64,000 nt of DNA, taken from positions 1 to 64,000 of the IMG/VR virus record IMGVR_UViG_3300000553_000004; one strand, given 5' to 3'. Both the position numbers and the translations under genes were made by a program. The notes beneath the pieces are model-generated. The model was not told where the DNA came from and ran no database searches. It worked only from the letters and a program-made list of their open reading frames with translations. This document shows positions 1-8,900 of this stretch, one piece after another. The number at the start of each line of letters is the position of its first letter. The first letter of the stretch is position 1.

Positions 1-260
1 CTGGAACACCAACGGCGCCTGCCCAACCACAGACTACGGCTGCGCCACAACAAACTCCTACTTCAACACCGGCGCCGGCCGCCGAACCTACTGATTTACC
101 GCCACCGCCTCTGAAATCTCCCGCCGAGAAAGAAGCCGATAAAACTGCCATAAAGACGATGTTAAAGGGAGATGACTATATGTTGGATGAAGTTACCCAA
201 TTTATACAATTCAACGCACCTCACTTAATGGAAGTCATTAAGAAGAAATTAAATTTATGA
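1..260 (+). CDS. 3' end of a Pro/Thr/Ala-rich hypothetical protein (truncated by window)
   Basis: Frame open from nt 3 (GTPTAPAQPQTTAAP...EVIKKKLNL) to TGA at 258-260, abutting next ATG; not in ORF track. Confidence 0.65.
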   Translation, partial: GTPTAPAQPQTTAAPQQTPTSTPAPAAEPTDLPPPPLKSPAEKEADKTAIKTMLKGDDYMLDEVTQFIQFNAPHLMEVIKKKLNL

Positions 261-653
261 ATGATACGAGGCAACTGCTTTGTACATTCGGTTTGGCGTC
301 CTTTTTTTAAAAATACAATAGAAGACCTTAAAAAATTCTATATTATAAATGACAATAGATTTTTTGTATTCACGAATGTAAATTCTCCGAAGGAAGTATT
401 CATCACCTATAATATTAAATGTGAAGGTCGTGAATTTCCAAAATTTCCGAATACTATTTCCATCCATAGAAAGAAACAGACCAATACTCTTTACACATTA
501 AACGCCATGAACCAAATCATCAAAGATGAAAATGGCGGTGTATTCGATAAAAAGTTTCCTGTCAATTGGGAACATTATACAGAATCGTTGATTATTACAG
601 GAACTCCATCAATTCGTATAATACCGATTGAACTTTTAGAAATAATAAATTAA
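261..653 (+). CDS. conserved large-phage hypothetical protein
   Basis: 130 aa ORF; IHRKKQTNTLYTLNAMN..ENGG motif I recall upstream of SSB in large phages. Confidence 0.65.
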   Translation: MIRGNCFVHSVWRPFFKNTIEDLKKFYIINDNRFFVFTNVNSPKEVFITYNIKCEGREFPKFPNTISIHRKKQTNTLYTLNAMNQIIKDENGGVFDKKFPVNWEHYTESLIITGTPSIRIIPIELLEIIN

Positions 654-796
654 GAAAATAAAAACTATTTTCACTTTTTATAGGTTGATTTTTGAACGAT
701 TCTGGTGTAAGTTTCATACTTATTAGGAACGAGACTTAACAATAATAGTTAACGATTGATACTAATTAATAAATTAAAAACAGAAAGAATAATTAT

Positions 797-1738
797 ATGG
801 CATTGAACATGGACAGAGTTAGAACTAAACTAGCTTCCTTCGACAAAAAAAATAAGGGCGGTAAGAAAGCTCCTACCGAACAACAATCAAAAATCAAACA
901 ATACATTTGGAAACCTGAACCAGGAAAACAAGTAATTCGTATTGTTCCATCACAGTTTACTCCTGATTTTCCATTCACAGAATTGAAATTTCATTATGAC
1001 TTCAACGGCGATAAGATAACATATCTAAGCCCCGCAAGTAAAAACAAGCCAGACCCAATCGTGGACTTGGCAAACAGACTCGAAAAAGTCAAGGAAACTT
1101 GGTTGAAGGGTCGTAAGATGCAGCCAAAATTGAGAACCTACGTTCCGATTATCGTCCGTGGTAAAGAAGAAGAGGGTGTTAAATTTTGGGGATTCGGCGT
1201 TCAAGTATATGAACAACTCATCGCAGCTCTCGACGAGCCAGAATACGGTGATATCACGGATTTGGTAAATGGTCATGATATCCAAGTGGATTTCACAACG
1301 GCAGAAGATGCCAAGAAGGATTATCCTGAAACTAAGATTCTTATCAAACCGAAGAATCGTCCGGTAATCGACCCAGAACATCCGAAGGTTAGAGAGATTC
1401 TTGAACTCATCACCAAGAAACAACCTGACATTTTTGACATCTATACGATGGCAACTTATGATGAATTGGAAGCGGCTCTTGAGGTCAAGATGGAAAATGA
1501 ACGAAGAGGGATAACCTCAGGAAGCGCACCGAGAGGCGCAGAACGAACCGTGGCCCCAGCGCCTAAGGTTGAAGAGGATGATAACGTCGTTCTCCCGTCT
1601 GATGATGACATCGAAGCGGCAACTGTTAGAGTTACCGAAGTAGTTCAACAGAAGTCTCCAACACTTCAAAAATCAAAGGCAGCTAGTGTCGAAGATTTTG
1701 AAGCCGCATTCAAGAATATCTTCCCAGAGAAGAAATAA
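797..1738 (+). CDS. single-stranded DNA-binding protein (T4 gp32-like)
   Basis: WKPEPGKQVIRIVP, KFHY, VPIIVRGKEEEGVKFWGFG motifs, acidic tail, adjacent to recombinase. Confidence 0.85.
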   Translation: MALNMDRVRTKLASFDKKNKGGKKAPTEQQSKIKQYIWKPEPGKQVIRIVPSQFTPDFPFTELKFHYDFNGDKITYLSPASKNKPDPIVDLANRLEKVKETWLKGRKMQPKLRTYVPIIVRGKEEEGVKFWGFGVQVYEQLIAALDEPEYGDITDLVNGHDIQVDFTTAEDAKKDYPETKILIKPKNRPVIDPEHPKVREILELITKKQPDIFDIYTMATYDELEAALEVKMENERRGITSGSAPRGAERTVAPAPKVEEDDNVVLPSDDDIEAATVRVTEVVQQKSPTLQKSKAASVEDFEAAFKNIFPEKK

Positions 1739-1761
1739 ATTGAATAAATAGAATTACAAAG

Positions 1762-1802
1762 TGGTGGTAAGGTAATAAAATATCTTACCACCATTCTTTT
1801 TT
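1762..1802 (+). terminator. intrinsic terminator
   Basis: TGGTGGTAAG / CTTACCACCA stem followed by TTCTTTTTT. Confidence 0.75.
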
Positions 1803-1813
1803 AGTATAAAAAA

Positions 1814-1841
1814 TTGACAACCACAATATGTCAGTTAAACT
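1814..1841 (+). promoter_or_regulatory. sigma70-type promoter
   Basis: TTGACA-16nt-TAAACT upstream of recA. Confidence 0.6.
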
Positions 1842-1872
1842 TATTATGAAAATAAGAGAAGAATAAAAATTT

Positions 1873-3030
1873 ATGGCAAAAGGAAAATCTAATCACATTG
1901 ACGGCGAAGTAACTAAGGTTCAAAAAATGGAACGTAGTGAACTTGCAGAACTGGTACATAAGGCATTGAATAAAGCATCGGCCGATGGCAGTAAAGTTGC
2001 ATACTTCTTGGATGAAGAAGAAGACCCGTCAATGGTAACGGATTGGATTTCTACGGGTTCTACTCTTTTGGATTTGGCAATTTCAAATCGAAAGAAGGGC
2101 GGTTTGCCAGTTGGAAGAATTGTTGAACTAAGTTCACAAGAAGCTGCCGGTAAGAGTTTGATTTGCGCTCACATTTTAGCGGAAACGCAGAAATTGGGTG
2201 GATATGGAGTTTTGATTGATACTGAAAATGCAGCGGCACCCGAATTTTGGGCCTCGGTTGGATTGGATGTGAAGAATCTTGGTTACATTCCTCTCTACAC
2301 GGTTGAATCCATCTTCGCCAAGATTGAAGAAGTCATTGGCATCGTAAGAAAACATGATAAGAAACAATTGGTGACTATTGTTGTTGATTCTCTTTCTCAA
2401 GCGTCAAGTGAAGTTGAAATGGAATCGGAACACGGTAAAGATGGATATAACACATCTAAATCTATTATTATCAGTAAGGCCTGTCGTAAGATTACAGGAC
2501 TGATTGGTCAACAGAGAATTCTTGTTGTATTCGTAAATCAACTTCGTATGAATTTGGCTGCAGTCGGACATCAAGATAAATGGATTGTTCCGGGTGGTAA
2601 GGCTATGGCCTTCGCCGCCTCTGTTCGCCTCCGTTTATCAAACATGGGTAAATTGAAAGGCGCTGGTCAGAAAATTATTGGCAACAAGTGTAAAGTTGTT
2701 GTGACCAAGAATCGTATGGGCCCTCCACATAGAACTGGTTTATTTGAGATTCATTATGATAGTGGTATTCAAGATTTAACGAGCTGGTTGGATTTTTTGA
2801 AGGATAATGGATTCGCTAGAAAAGACGGCGACAAGTATGCAGTTAAACTTCCAAGTGGAACTGTGAAATTAGCCACAAGAGAGTTCCTCGAAAAGATTCA
2901 CGCCGACCCTATATTCAAGGATGAAATTTATGATGTCATAGCCACGGATTATATTATGAAATACAGACCCGCCAATAGTGATATCATCGAAAATTTGTCA
3001 GTTGATGAAAACGTCGAAGACGAGGGATGA
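1873..3030 (+). CDS. recA: RecA/UvsX-like recombinase
   Basis: ISTGSTLLDLAI..GGLPVGRIVE, Walker A QEAAGKS, IVVDS, FVNQLR, KNRMGPP. Confidence 0.93.
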   Translation: MAKGKSNHIDGEVTKVQKMERSELAELVHKALNKASADGSKVAYFLDEEEDPSMVTDWISTGSTLLDLAISNRKKGGLPVGRIVELSSQEAAGKSLICAHILAETQKLGGYGVLIDTENAAAPEFWASVGLDVKNLGYIPLYTVESIFAKIEEVIGIVRKHDKKQLVTIVVDSLSQASSEVEMESEHGKDGYNTSKSIIISKACRKITGLIGQQRILVVFVNQLRMNLAAVGHQDKWIVPGGKAMAFAASVRLRLSNMGKLKGAGQKIIGNKCKVVVTKNRMGPPHRTGLFEIHYDSGIQDLTSWLDFLKDNGFARKDGDKYAVKLPSGTVKLATREFLEKIHADPIFKDEIYDVIATDYIMKYRPANSDIIENLSVDENVEDEG

Positions 3031-3033
3031 TAT

Positions 3034-3312
3034 ATGTATAAATTGTATCATTATCCAACTGAACTTGAGTATTTTTTCTTAAAAAGACCAACCATTTCAA
3101 GTATGGTAAAAATATTAAACCAACTTGGCTACCGAATGAAAGGTAATAGGATAATGGCCGACAATAACAACATCAGATGTTATCATACTACCAAATCTGA
3201 ATTTAAAATTACAAAAATTAAATTTTCAGATTCGTGTGATTGTGAAAGCGATGAGAACCAATGTTGCGACATTTGCACGGGCTGGACAAAAAATAGTAAG
3301 GATAAAAAATGA
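3034..3312 (+). CDS. hypothetical protein, Cys-rich C-terminus
   Basis: 92 aa ORF in operon context. Confidence 0.6.
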   Translation: MYKLYHYPTELEYFFLKRPTISSMVKILNQLGYRMKGNRIMADNNNIRCYHTTKSEFKITKIKFSDSCDCESDENQCCDICTGWTKNSKDKK

Positions 3313-3449
3313 GTAATTATGAACAACAAGTAATAGGGTTGTTGACAGAATTGATTAATATTTCTGATAACAGTGAACAATTAAGATTAATTGGTTCTTC
3401 ATTAGAAAATATTGAAGAACTTCTTCAAAAACTTATCGACGAGAAATAA
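3309..3449 (+). CDS. small hypothetical protein (46 aa)
   Basis: MSNYEQQVIGLLTEL...LIDEK; ATGA overlap with upstream stop; below ORF-track cutoff. Confidence 0.55.
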   Translation: MSNYEQQVIGLLTELINISDNSEQLRLIGSSLENIEELLQKLIDEK

Positions 3450-3499
3450 TTCCACATTTATTCGATGGTTTTTCGTAATACCTCTATACTTATTGGTAT

Positions 3500-4444
3500 A
3501 TGAAAAATTTAGAATCGATGGTAGATGTATGTTATCAAACATACATCAATGATGAAACAATTGTGGGGTTTGATGGTTTATTACGGTCTAAAGGATTAGG
3601 TAGTAAACGAATCATCAAACTCCGTAATCTTATCTATGAAAAATATGGTAAAGAAGAACTCATAAAGATTTATCGAAAACGGTTGACCAGACATTCTCAT
3701 AAAGTCAGACCAAAAGAAAGTTACCAACATACGGAAGAATGGAATGAGAATATTAAAAAAGGTAATATAGAATCTTGGAATAATTCAGGCGAAGAAAGAA
3801 AAGAATTATCAAGACAGAATATGTTAAAATATTGTGCGCCTAAAAGTCAATCTGATGATGCTATAAAAAAACGAGTTAAATCACGAAGTTGGTATAAACA
3901 CCATTCCAAGGAAACGATTGATAAAATCACAGAATCCAATAAAGGAAGAACTCTTACAAAAGAACATAAACAAAAATTAAGTAAGGCTAAAATTGGTAAA
4001 CCATCAAACAGAAAAGGCGAACATCATTCGGATGCTACAAAGAAAAAACTTTCTGAAATGACAAAGTTAATGTGGAAAAATGGAATCCATAAAAGAACTT
4101 TTAAATCTAAAGGACAGTTAGAAGTCATAGAAATACTAACTAAGTTGGGATATGATATTAAAGATGAATATCTAATTGACGGAAGACCATTTGACGTTTT
4201 TGTAAAAGATAAAAATTTGGTCATTGAATTTAATGGAACATTTTGGCATCGCGACCCAAGATTTTATAAAGCATTTCCTTTAAAAGAAAAATATACTGTT
4301 GATAAAGAGTGTGAAAGAGTTTGGAAGAATGATTTAGAAAAAGTTGACATTGCCAAGAAACATGGATATGATGTAAAAATTATTTGGCAATATGATTGGG
4401 AAAATTGTCCTGATAAAGTCAAATATTTAAAAGAAATTTTATGA
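3500..4444 (+). mobile_element. free-standing homing endonuclease (NUMOD3-like repeats + DUF559/Vsr-like PD-(D/E)XK domain)
   Basis: HSKETIDKI..NKG and HSDATKKKLS repeats; FDVF..LVIEFNGTFWH nuclease motif. Confidence 0.8.
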
Positions 4445-5505
4445 ACGATAAACAACCTGATATTTTCTCAATATGGGAAAATCTCAAAAAAGAGAAAGCA
4501 TTGGCCGCCGCTAATGGAATTTCTTCCGTAAAACGGAAAGAAGTTTTATTAGTTGACGGCCTCTAACGCAACACTTTTTTGAGATGTTTCATGGCCATCC
4601 CGACAATGAATGAAGACGGTCTTCACACAGGAGGAATTAGTGGTTTTCTAAAGAGTGTTGGATACGCCATCAAATCATATCAACCTGATAGATGTGTAAT
4701 TGTATTCGATGGTCACGGCGGCTCTTTTAAAAGACGAAAAATCTATTCAGATTACAAGGCCCATAAGAGAACTAAAATTCGGTTGAATAGAATATATGAA
4801 GAGAATCTTACCGATGAAGATATTTCTATGCAGAAACAACTTCAAAGGTTGGTAGCATACCTTCAAAGTCTACCAGTCAATATGTTAGCTTTGGATAATG
4901 TAGAGGCTGATGATACTATGGCTCATCTGGCTCTAGATACATTTAAAGATTGGAATACGACAATTATGTCTGCCGACAAGGATTTTCTACAAATTGTCAG
5001 TGACCACGTAAAAGTCTGGAGTCCTACTAAAAAACGATTATATAGTCCTCAAGATGTATTAAATGAATATGGGGTAAGTTCCGCCAACTTCGTTTATTTC
5101 AGAACACTTGATGGGGACGTATCCGATAATATCCCAGGCTTGCGTGGTTGTGGTTTAAAGACCATTGTAAAGGCATTCCCTATGTTGTCTGGTACTAAGG
5201 TAGAACTCGTCCAATTGAAGGAATACGCAATTCAAAACGCGGGTAAATTGAAGGTTTATGACACAATCGTCGAAAATTGGAACGATGTAGAGCGAAATTA
5301 CGCATTAATGCAGTTAACTGACACAGCATTAACTACTATGGCTCAACTACATGTACAAGAAGTTATAGATAAACCAATTCAAAAACTTAATAGATTCGAG
5401 TTAATTAAACAGATGTCGTCTGATAATTTGACAAATACCATTAATAATTTACCAAATTGGATGAACGAATGTTTTAGTAAATTAGATTCATTTGTAAAGG
5501 AATAA
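4441..5505 (+). CDS. 5'-3' exonuclease/flap endonuclease (T4 RNase H / Pol I N-domain family), interrupted by in-frame TAA at 4564-4566
   Basis: One frame from ATG 4441: LLVDGL*RNTFLRCF; downstream FDG, EADD, SADKDFLQ, GDVSDNIPG motifs. Confidence 0.85.
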
Positions 5506-5506
5506 T

Positions 5507-5935
5507 ATGACTGAAAGATTTAATTTTCGTGTTTGGAATCCCGCAGCTAATCATTTTTTAGATTTGACGCCAGGAGAATGGGGTTACTATTATCTTAGTC
5601 TCGGCGGAAAATTTATGGTTCATTATAATAAAACCGGTGTCGGTGAGCATCCATTAGGTAGAACGAAACAGGAACATCTATCATATATGGTTCCACAACA
5701 ATATTTAGGTATTAATGATAAAGCCAGAAAAGAAATGTGTGAAGGTGATATTTTAGAATGGGGGATGGGATTGATGTATGAAATAGTATGGGATAAAACA
5801 TATGCTAAATTTTATTTCCCCACAATAACAAACCAAGAAGGCGCATATAGTCTTCCAGCAGAAGAAATACGTAACGGTACAATTTGTGGTAATATTTTTG
5901 AAACTCCACATTTGAAAGATAGATTTTATGAATAG
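5507..5935 (+). CDS. YopX family protein
   Basis: FNFRVWN, QQYLGINDK..EMCEGDIL, ICGNIFETPHL. Confidence 0.8.
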   Translation: MTERFNFRVWNPAANHFLDLTPGEWGYYYLSLGGKFMVHYNKTGVGEHPLGRTKQEHLSYMVPQQYLGINDKARKEMCEGDILEWGMGLMYEIVWDKTYAKFYFPTITNQEGAYSLPAEEIRNGTICGNIFETPHLKDRFYE

Positions 5936-6218
5936 AACATTTAAAATAACAAGAGAAGACGTTTATAAATCCATAGATAGTGAGAGAACATATCAGGATA
6001 TTAGATGGAATGGAGACACCACTATAACCGATGGAATCCATCCATTATCTGAATGGTTTATGTTTATTGAAGATTATGTCGATGAGGCCAAACATATACT
6101 TTCAAGAGAGGCGGAACAGACGGCATATCCAAAGGTTGCTCATATCATGAGGAAGGTAGCAGGTATGGCAGTATGCGCCATGGAACAGAACGGCGCCCCT
6201 AAACGAGAAATTAAATAA
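5928..6218 (+). CDS. hypothetical all-alpha protein (possibly MazG-like)
   Basis: 96 aa helical ORF; function is a guess. Confidence 0.55.
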   Translation: MNRTFKITREDVYKSIDSERTYQDIRWNGDTTITDGIHPLSEWFMFIEDYVDEAKHILSREAEQTAYPKVAHIMRKVAGMAVCAMEQNGAPKREIK

Positions 6219-6258
6219 AAAAAGACGTTGAAAGATTTTATTCTCTCAACGTCTTTTT
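6219..6258. terminator. bidirectional intrinsic terminator
   Basis: AAAAAGACGTTGA / TCAACGTCTTTTT between convergent genes. Confidence 0.8.
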
Positions 6259-6269
6259 GTGCAATCGTA

Positions 6270-7193
6270 TTATCCTACCCAATTCTTAGGTGGTGTAGCA
6301 TAGTTGTTTGGAAAGCTCTGTGGTAAATTTACCGTCAGTGTATTTTCAATAGGAACTCCCATCGCAATCAACGATTCTCTACTTGCATAATAGATGTCAA
6401 TTGATTTTGCAAGACATCCACGTTCAAATGTAACGTTCTTAACCTTACTACGTTCTTTACGGCCCCACTCCGTTCCAACATCGAACGACTCACATGAATC
6501 TACGATTGTAGAAGAATAATCTGACGTCATTCCTCTTGTATTTTCTCTAGCTCCCAGAAACGCCGATTGACCCCCAGACCGTCTACTTGATGATATTTTA
6601 CCACCTTTATTCATAGAATCTGAATTTGAGCCATATAGATTCGATTCTCCGAGATTATTCGACTGGTAATTCACATTTGAAGTGTATGAAGTTCCTCCGG
6701 CTCCTGTAGAGTAGTTATAGATTTGTGATGGTGAAATTGCCCCACTATTTAAACAATACGACGCGCTAGTGGAGAATGCCGAATACCAGGGCCAGTTTGT
6801 ACTAGTCAGAACTATTGGTTCTTTTTCATAGAAAAATTTTATACCAATCACCCCACAGTTCTTTTCGGAACCGTCTTCTTTGGATTGGGCATAAGTATTT
6901 CCGTTGAATTTATAACCAAATTTAAACAATGCCCACTCATCGTCTGAGAATCTAAATCCTTTAATTTTTTCTGATGTATATGCTCCTATGATATACCCTG
7001 TATCTTTCTCATCGGCAGTTTTTCCTGTTAAAACATTTAATCCATCAACTGAACCTACGGCCAAGGTACGTTTTCCGTGGTTGTTTTTTACTTCGATTAC
7101 GTATTCAGACCCAGGATTCGCTTGGATGAATGTTTTTCCTTGAAAGCTGTATTGTTTGCAGCGACTACCATTTACAGTAATTTGTATTTCCAT
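6270..7193 (-). CDS. conserved hypothetical protein
   Basis: 307 aa; SVDGLNVLTGK, GVIGIKFF motifs, Ser/Gly-rich middle. Confidence 0.7.
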   Translation of the reverse strand: MEIQITVNGSRCKQYSFQGKTFIQANPGSEYVIEVKNNHGKRTLAVGSVDGLNVLTGKTADEKDTGYIIGAYTSEKIKGFRFSDDEWALFKFGYKFNGNTYAQSKEDGSEKNCGVIGIKFFYEKEPIVLTSTNWPWYSAFSTSASYCLNSGAISPSQIYNYSTGAGGTSYTSNVNYQSNNLGESNLYGSNSDSMNKGGKISSSRRSGGQSAFLGARENTRGMTSDYSSTIVDSCESFDVGTEWGRKERSKVKNVTFERGCLAKSIDIYYASRESLIAMGVPIENTLTVNLPQSFPNNYATPPKNWVG

Positions 7194-7370
7194 AATTCTT
7201 ATCTTTCTATTTTGAGTTTATAGTTAAGCCGACCTACATCGGATTTCACAACGAATATGCAGAAGTTGGATTATATTTTCATCATAAAAAAATAAATTAT
7301 AATTTATCAAACCAGTTATAAAAAGTTTACTATTTTGATATTTCATGTAGAGTACACACATATAAAACAT

Positions 7371-8765
7371 ATGGAAGACATTAACAATTTAAAACGATTT
7401 GGCAGTGAGTTTCAGGCAAAATGTATCGCCGGATTAGTATCCGACCAACTTTTTGTAGAACGTATTTTTGACATCTTAACCCCCGATTTCTTCGAAAGTG
7501 ATGCAAATAAATGGGTAGTTCAAACTACTATGGATTATTTTTTAAAATACAAGACGTGTCCGACGCTTCAAGTATTTGGTATTGAATCTGAAAAATTAAA
7601 GAGTGACGTTCTTAAAGTATCTATCGTCGAACAATTAAAATATGTCTATACAAGTCAAATAAAGTCCAACGACTTGCCTTTTATCAAGGAACAATTTTTG
7701 GAATTTTGTAAGAACCAAAAGATGAAGAATGCTATTATTTCTTCTACTAATTATTTGAAATTGGGGGAATTCGACCAGATTAGAAAAGTCGTAGATGAGG
7801 CTTTGAAAGCTGGTATGGAAAGAAATCTTGGTCATGAATATTTGACTGACATTGAAAAACGTATGTCTGAAATGTGTCGTGATTCTATCAAGACCAATTG
7901 GCCAGTCATCGACGTCCTATTGGATGGTGGTTTGGCAAAGGGTGAATTAGGATTTGTGGTAGCTCCTGCCGGCTCCGGTAAGTCTTGGATTTTGACTAGA
8001 CTTGGAGCGGAGGCTATGAGAGCTGGTAAAAACGTTCTTCATATTACGTTGGAGTTAAATGAAAATTACGTTGGACTTCGTTATGATAGTTGTTTTACAG
8101 GAATCAATTTTCAAGACATTCGTAAAAATATTCAAGTAGTCAAAGAAAAGATTGATTCAATTACAGGAAAATTATTTATCAAATATTTCCCAATCAAGAC
8201 GATTGCCCCACATACAATTAAGATGCATGTGGAACGCATTCAGATGTTAACGGGAACTAAGATTGATATGATAATCGTTGACTATGCTGACTTACTTAGA
8301 CCGGCAGTAGCCGAACGTAATTCAAATTCTTATAGTGAAGCCGGTTCTGTATATGAAGAATTACGAGCAGTCGCCGGTGAATTACAAATTCCAATCTGGT
8401 CGGCCTCACAGGCAAATAGAAGCGCACATGAAGAAGAAGTTATTCAAGCTCAAAATGTTGCCGACTCATATCGTAAGATTATGACGGGAGATTTTGTAAT
8501 TAGTTTGTCGAGACGTGAAGAAGATAAACAATGTGGAACTGCCCGTATTCACGTTATTAAAAATCGATTCGGAGCTGACGGTATGACTTGGCCGGCATAT
8601 TTTGACGCCGGTTGTGGCGCCATTAAGATTCTTGACCCAGGAACTCCCGAAGGTAGAGACTGTCAGGAAAGAATGAAAGCCGGAGAAGAAAAATTACAAG
8701 ATGTGGTTCGAGACAATTGGAATCAAATCAAAAAGAATAGAAAAATGGAACAAGATAACGAATAA
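7371..8765 (+). CDS. dnaB: replicative DnaB-like helicase (T4 gp41-like)
   Basis: Walker A APAGSGKS, ITLEL, IIVDYADL, SASQANR, IKNRFG; ATG 7371 preferred over TTG 7335. Confidence 0.92.
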   Translation: MEDINNLKRFGSEFQAKCIAGLVSDQLFVERIFDILTPDFFESDANKWVVQTTMDYFLKYKTCPTLQVFGIESEKLKSDVLKVSIVEQLKYVYTSQIKSNDLPFIKEQFLEFCKNQKMKNAIISSTNYLKLGEFDQIRKVVDEALKAGMERNLGHEYLTDIEKRMSEMCRDSIKTNWPVIDVLLDGGLAKGELGFVVAPAGSGKSWILTRLGAEAMRAGKNVLHITLELNENYVGLRYDSCFTGINFQDIRKNIQVVKEKIDSITGKLFIKYFPIKTIAPHTIKMHVERIQMLTGTKIDMIIVDYADLLRPAVAERNSNSYSEAGSVYEELRAVAGELQIPIWSASQANRSAHEEEVIQAQNVADSYRKIMTGDFVISLSRREEDKQCGTARIHVIKNRFGADGMTWPAYFDAGCGAIKILDPGTPEGRDCQERMKAGEEKLQDVVRDNWNQIKKNRKMEQDNE

Positions 8766-8900
8766 ATTTAATGTACCTTGAAAAAATTGAAAACTCGATT
8801 TTTTTATACAAAAATAAATAAATTCAACACATTGATACGTTTAGAAAAATAATATCCTAATTATTCTTCACGTAATACAAAAACAAAAATTTTAGGATAT

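Noticed and set aside
7225-7270. Small hairpin (CCGA-N6-TCGG) in the 5' leader of the 6270-7193 gene as a riboswitch
   Set aside because: Only 4 bp; no recognisable aptamer consensus
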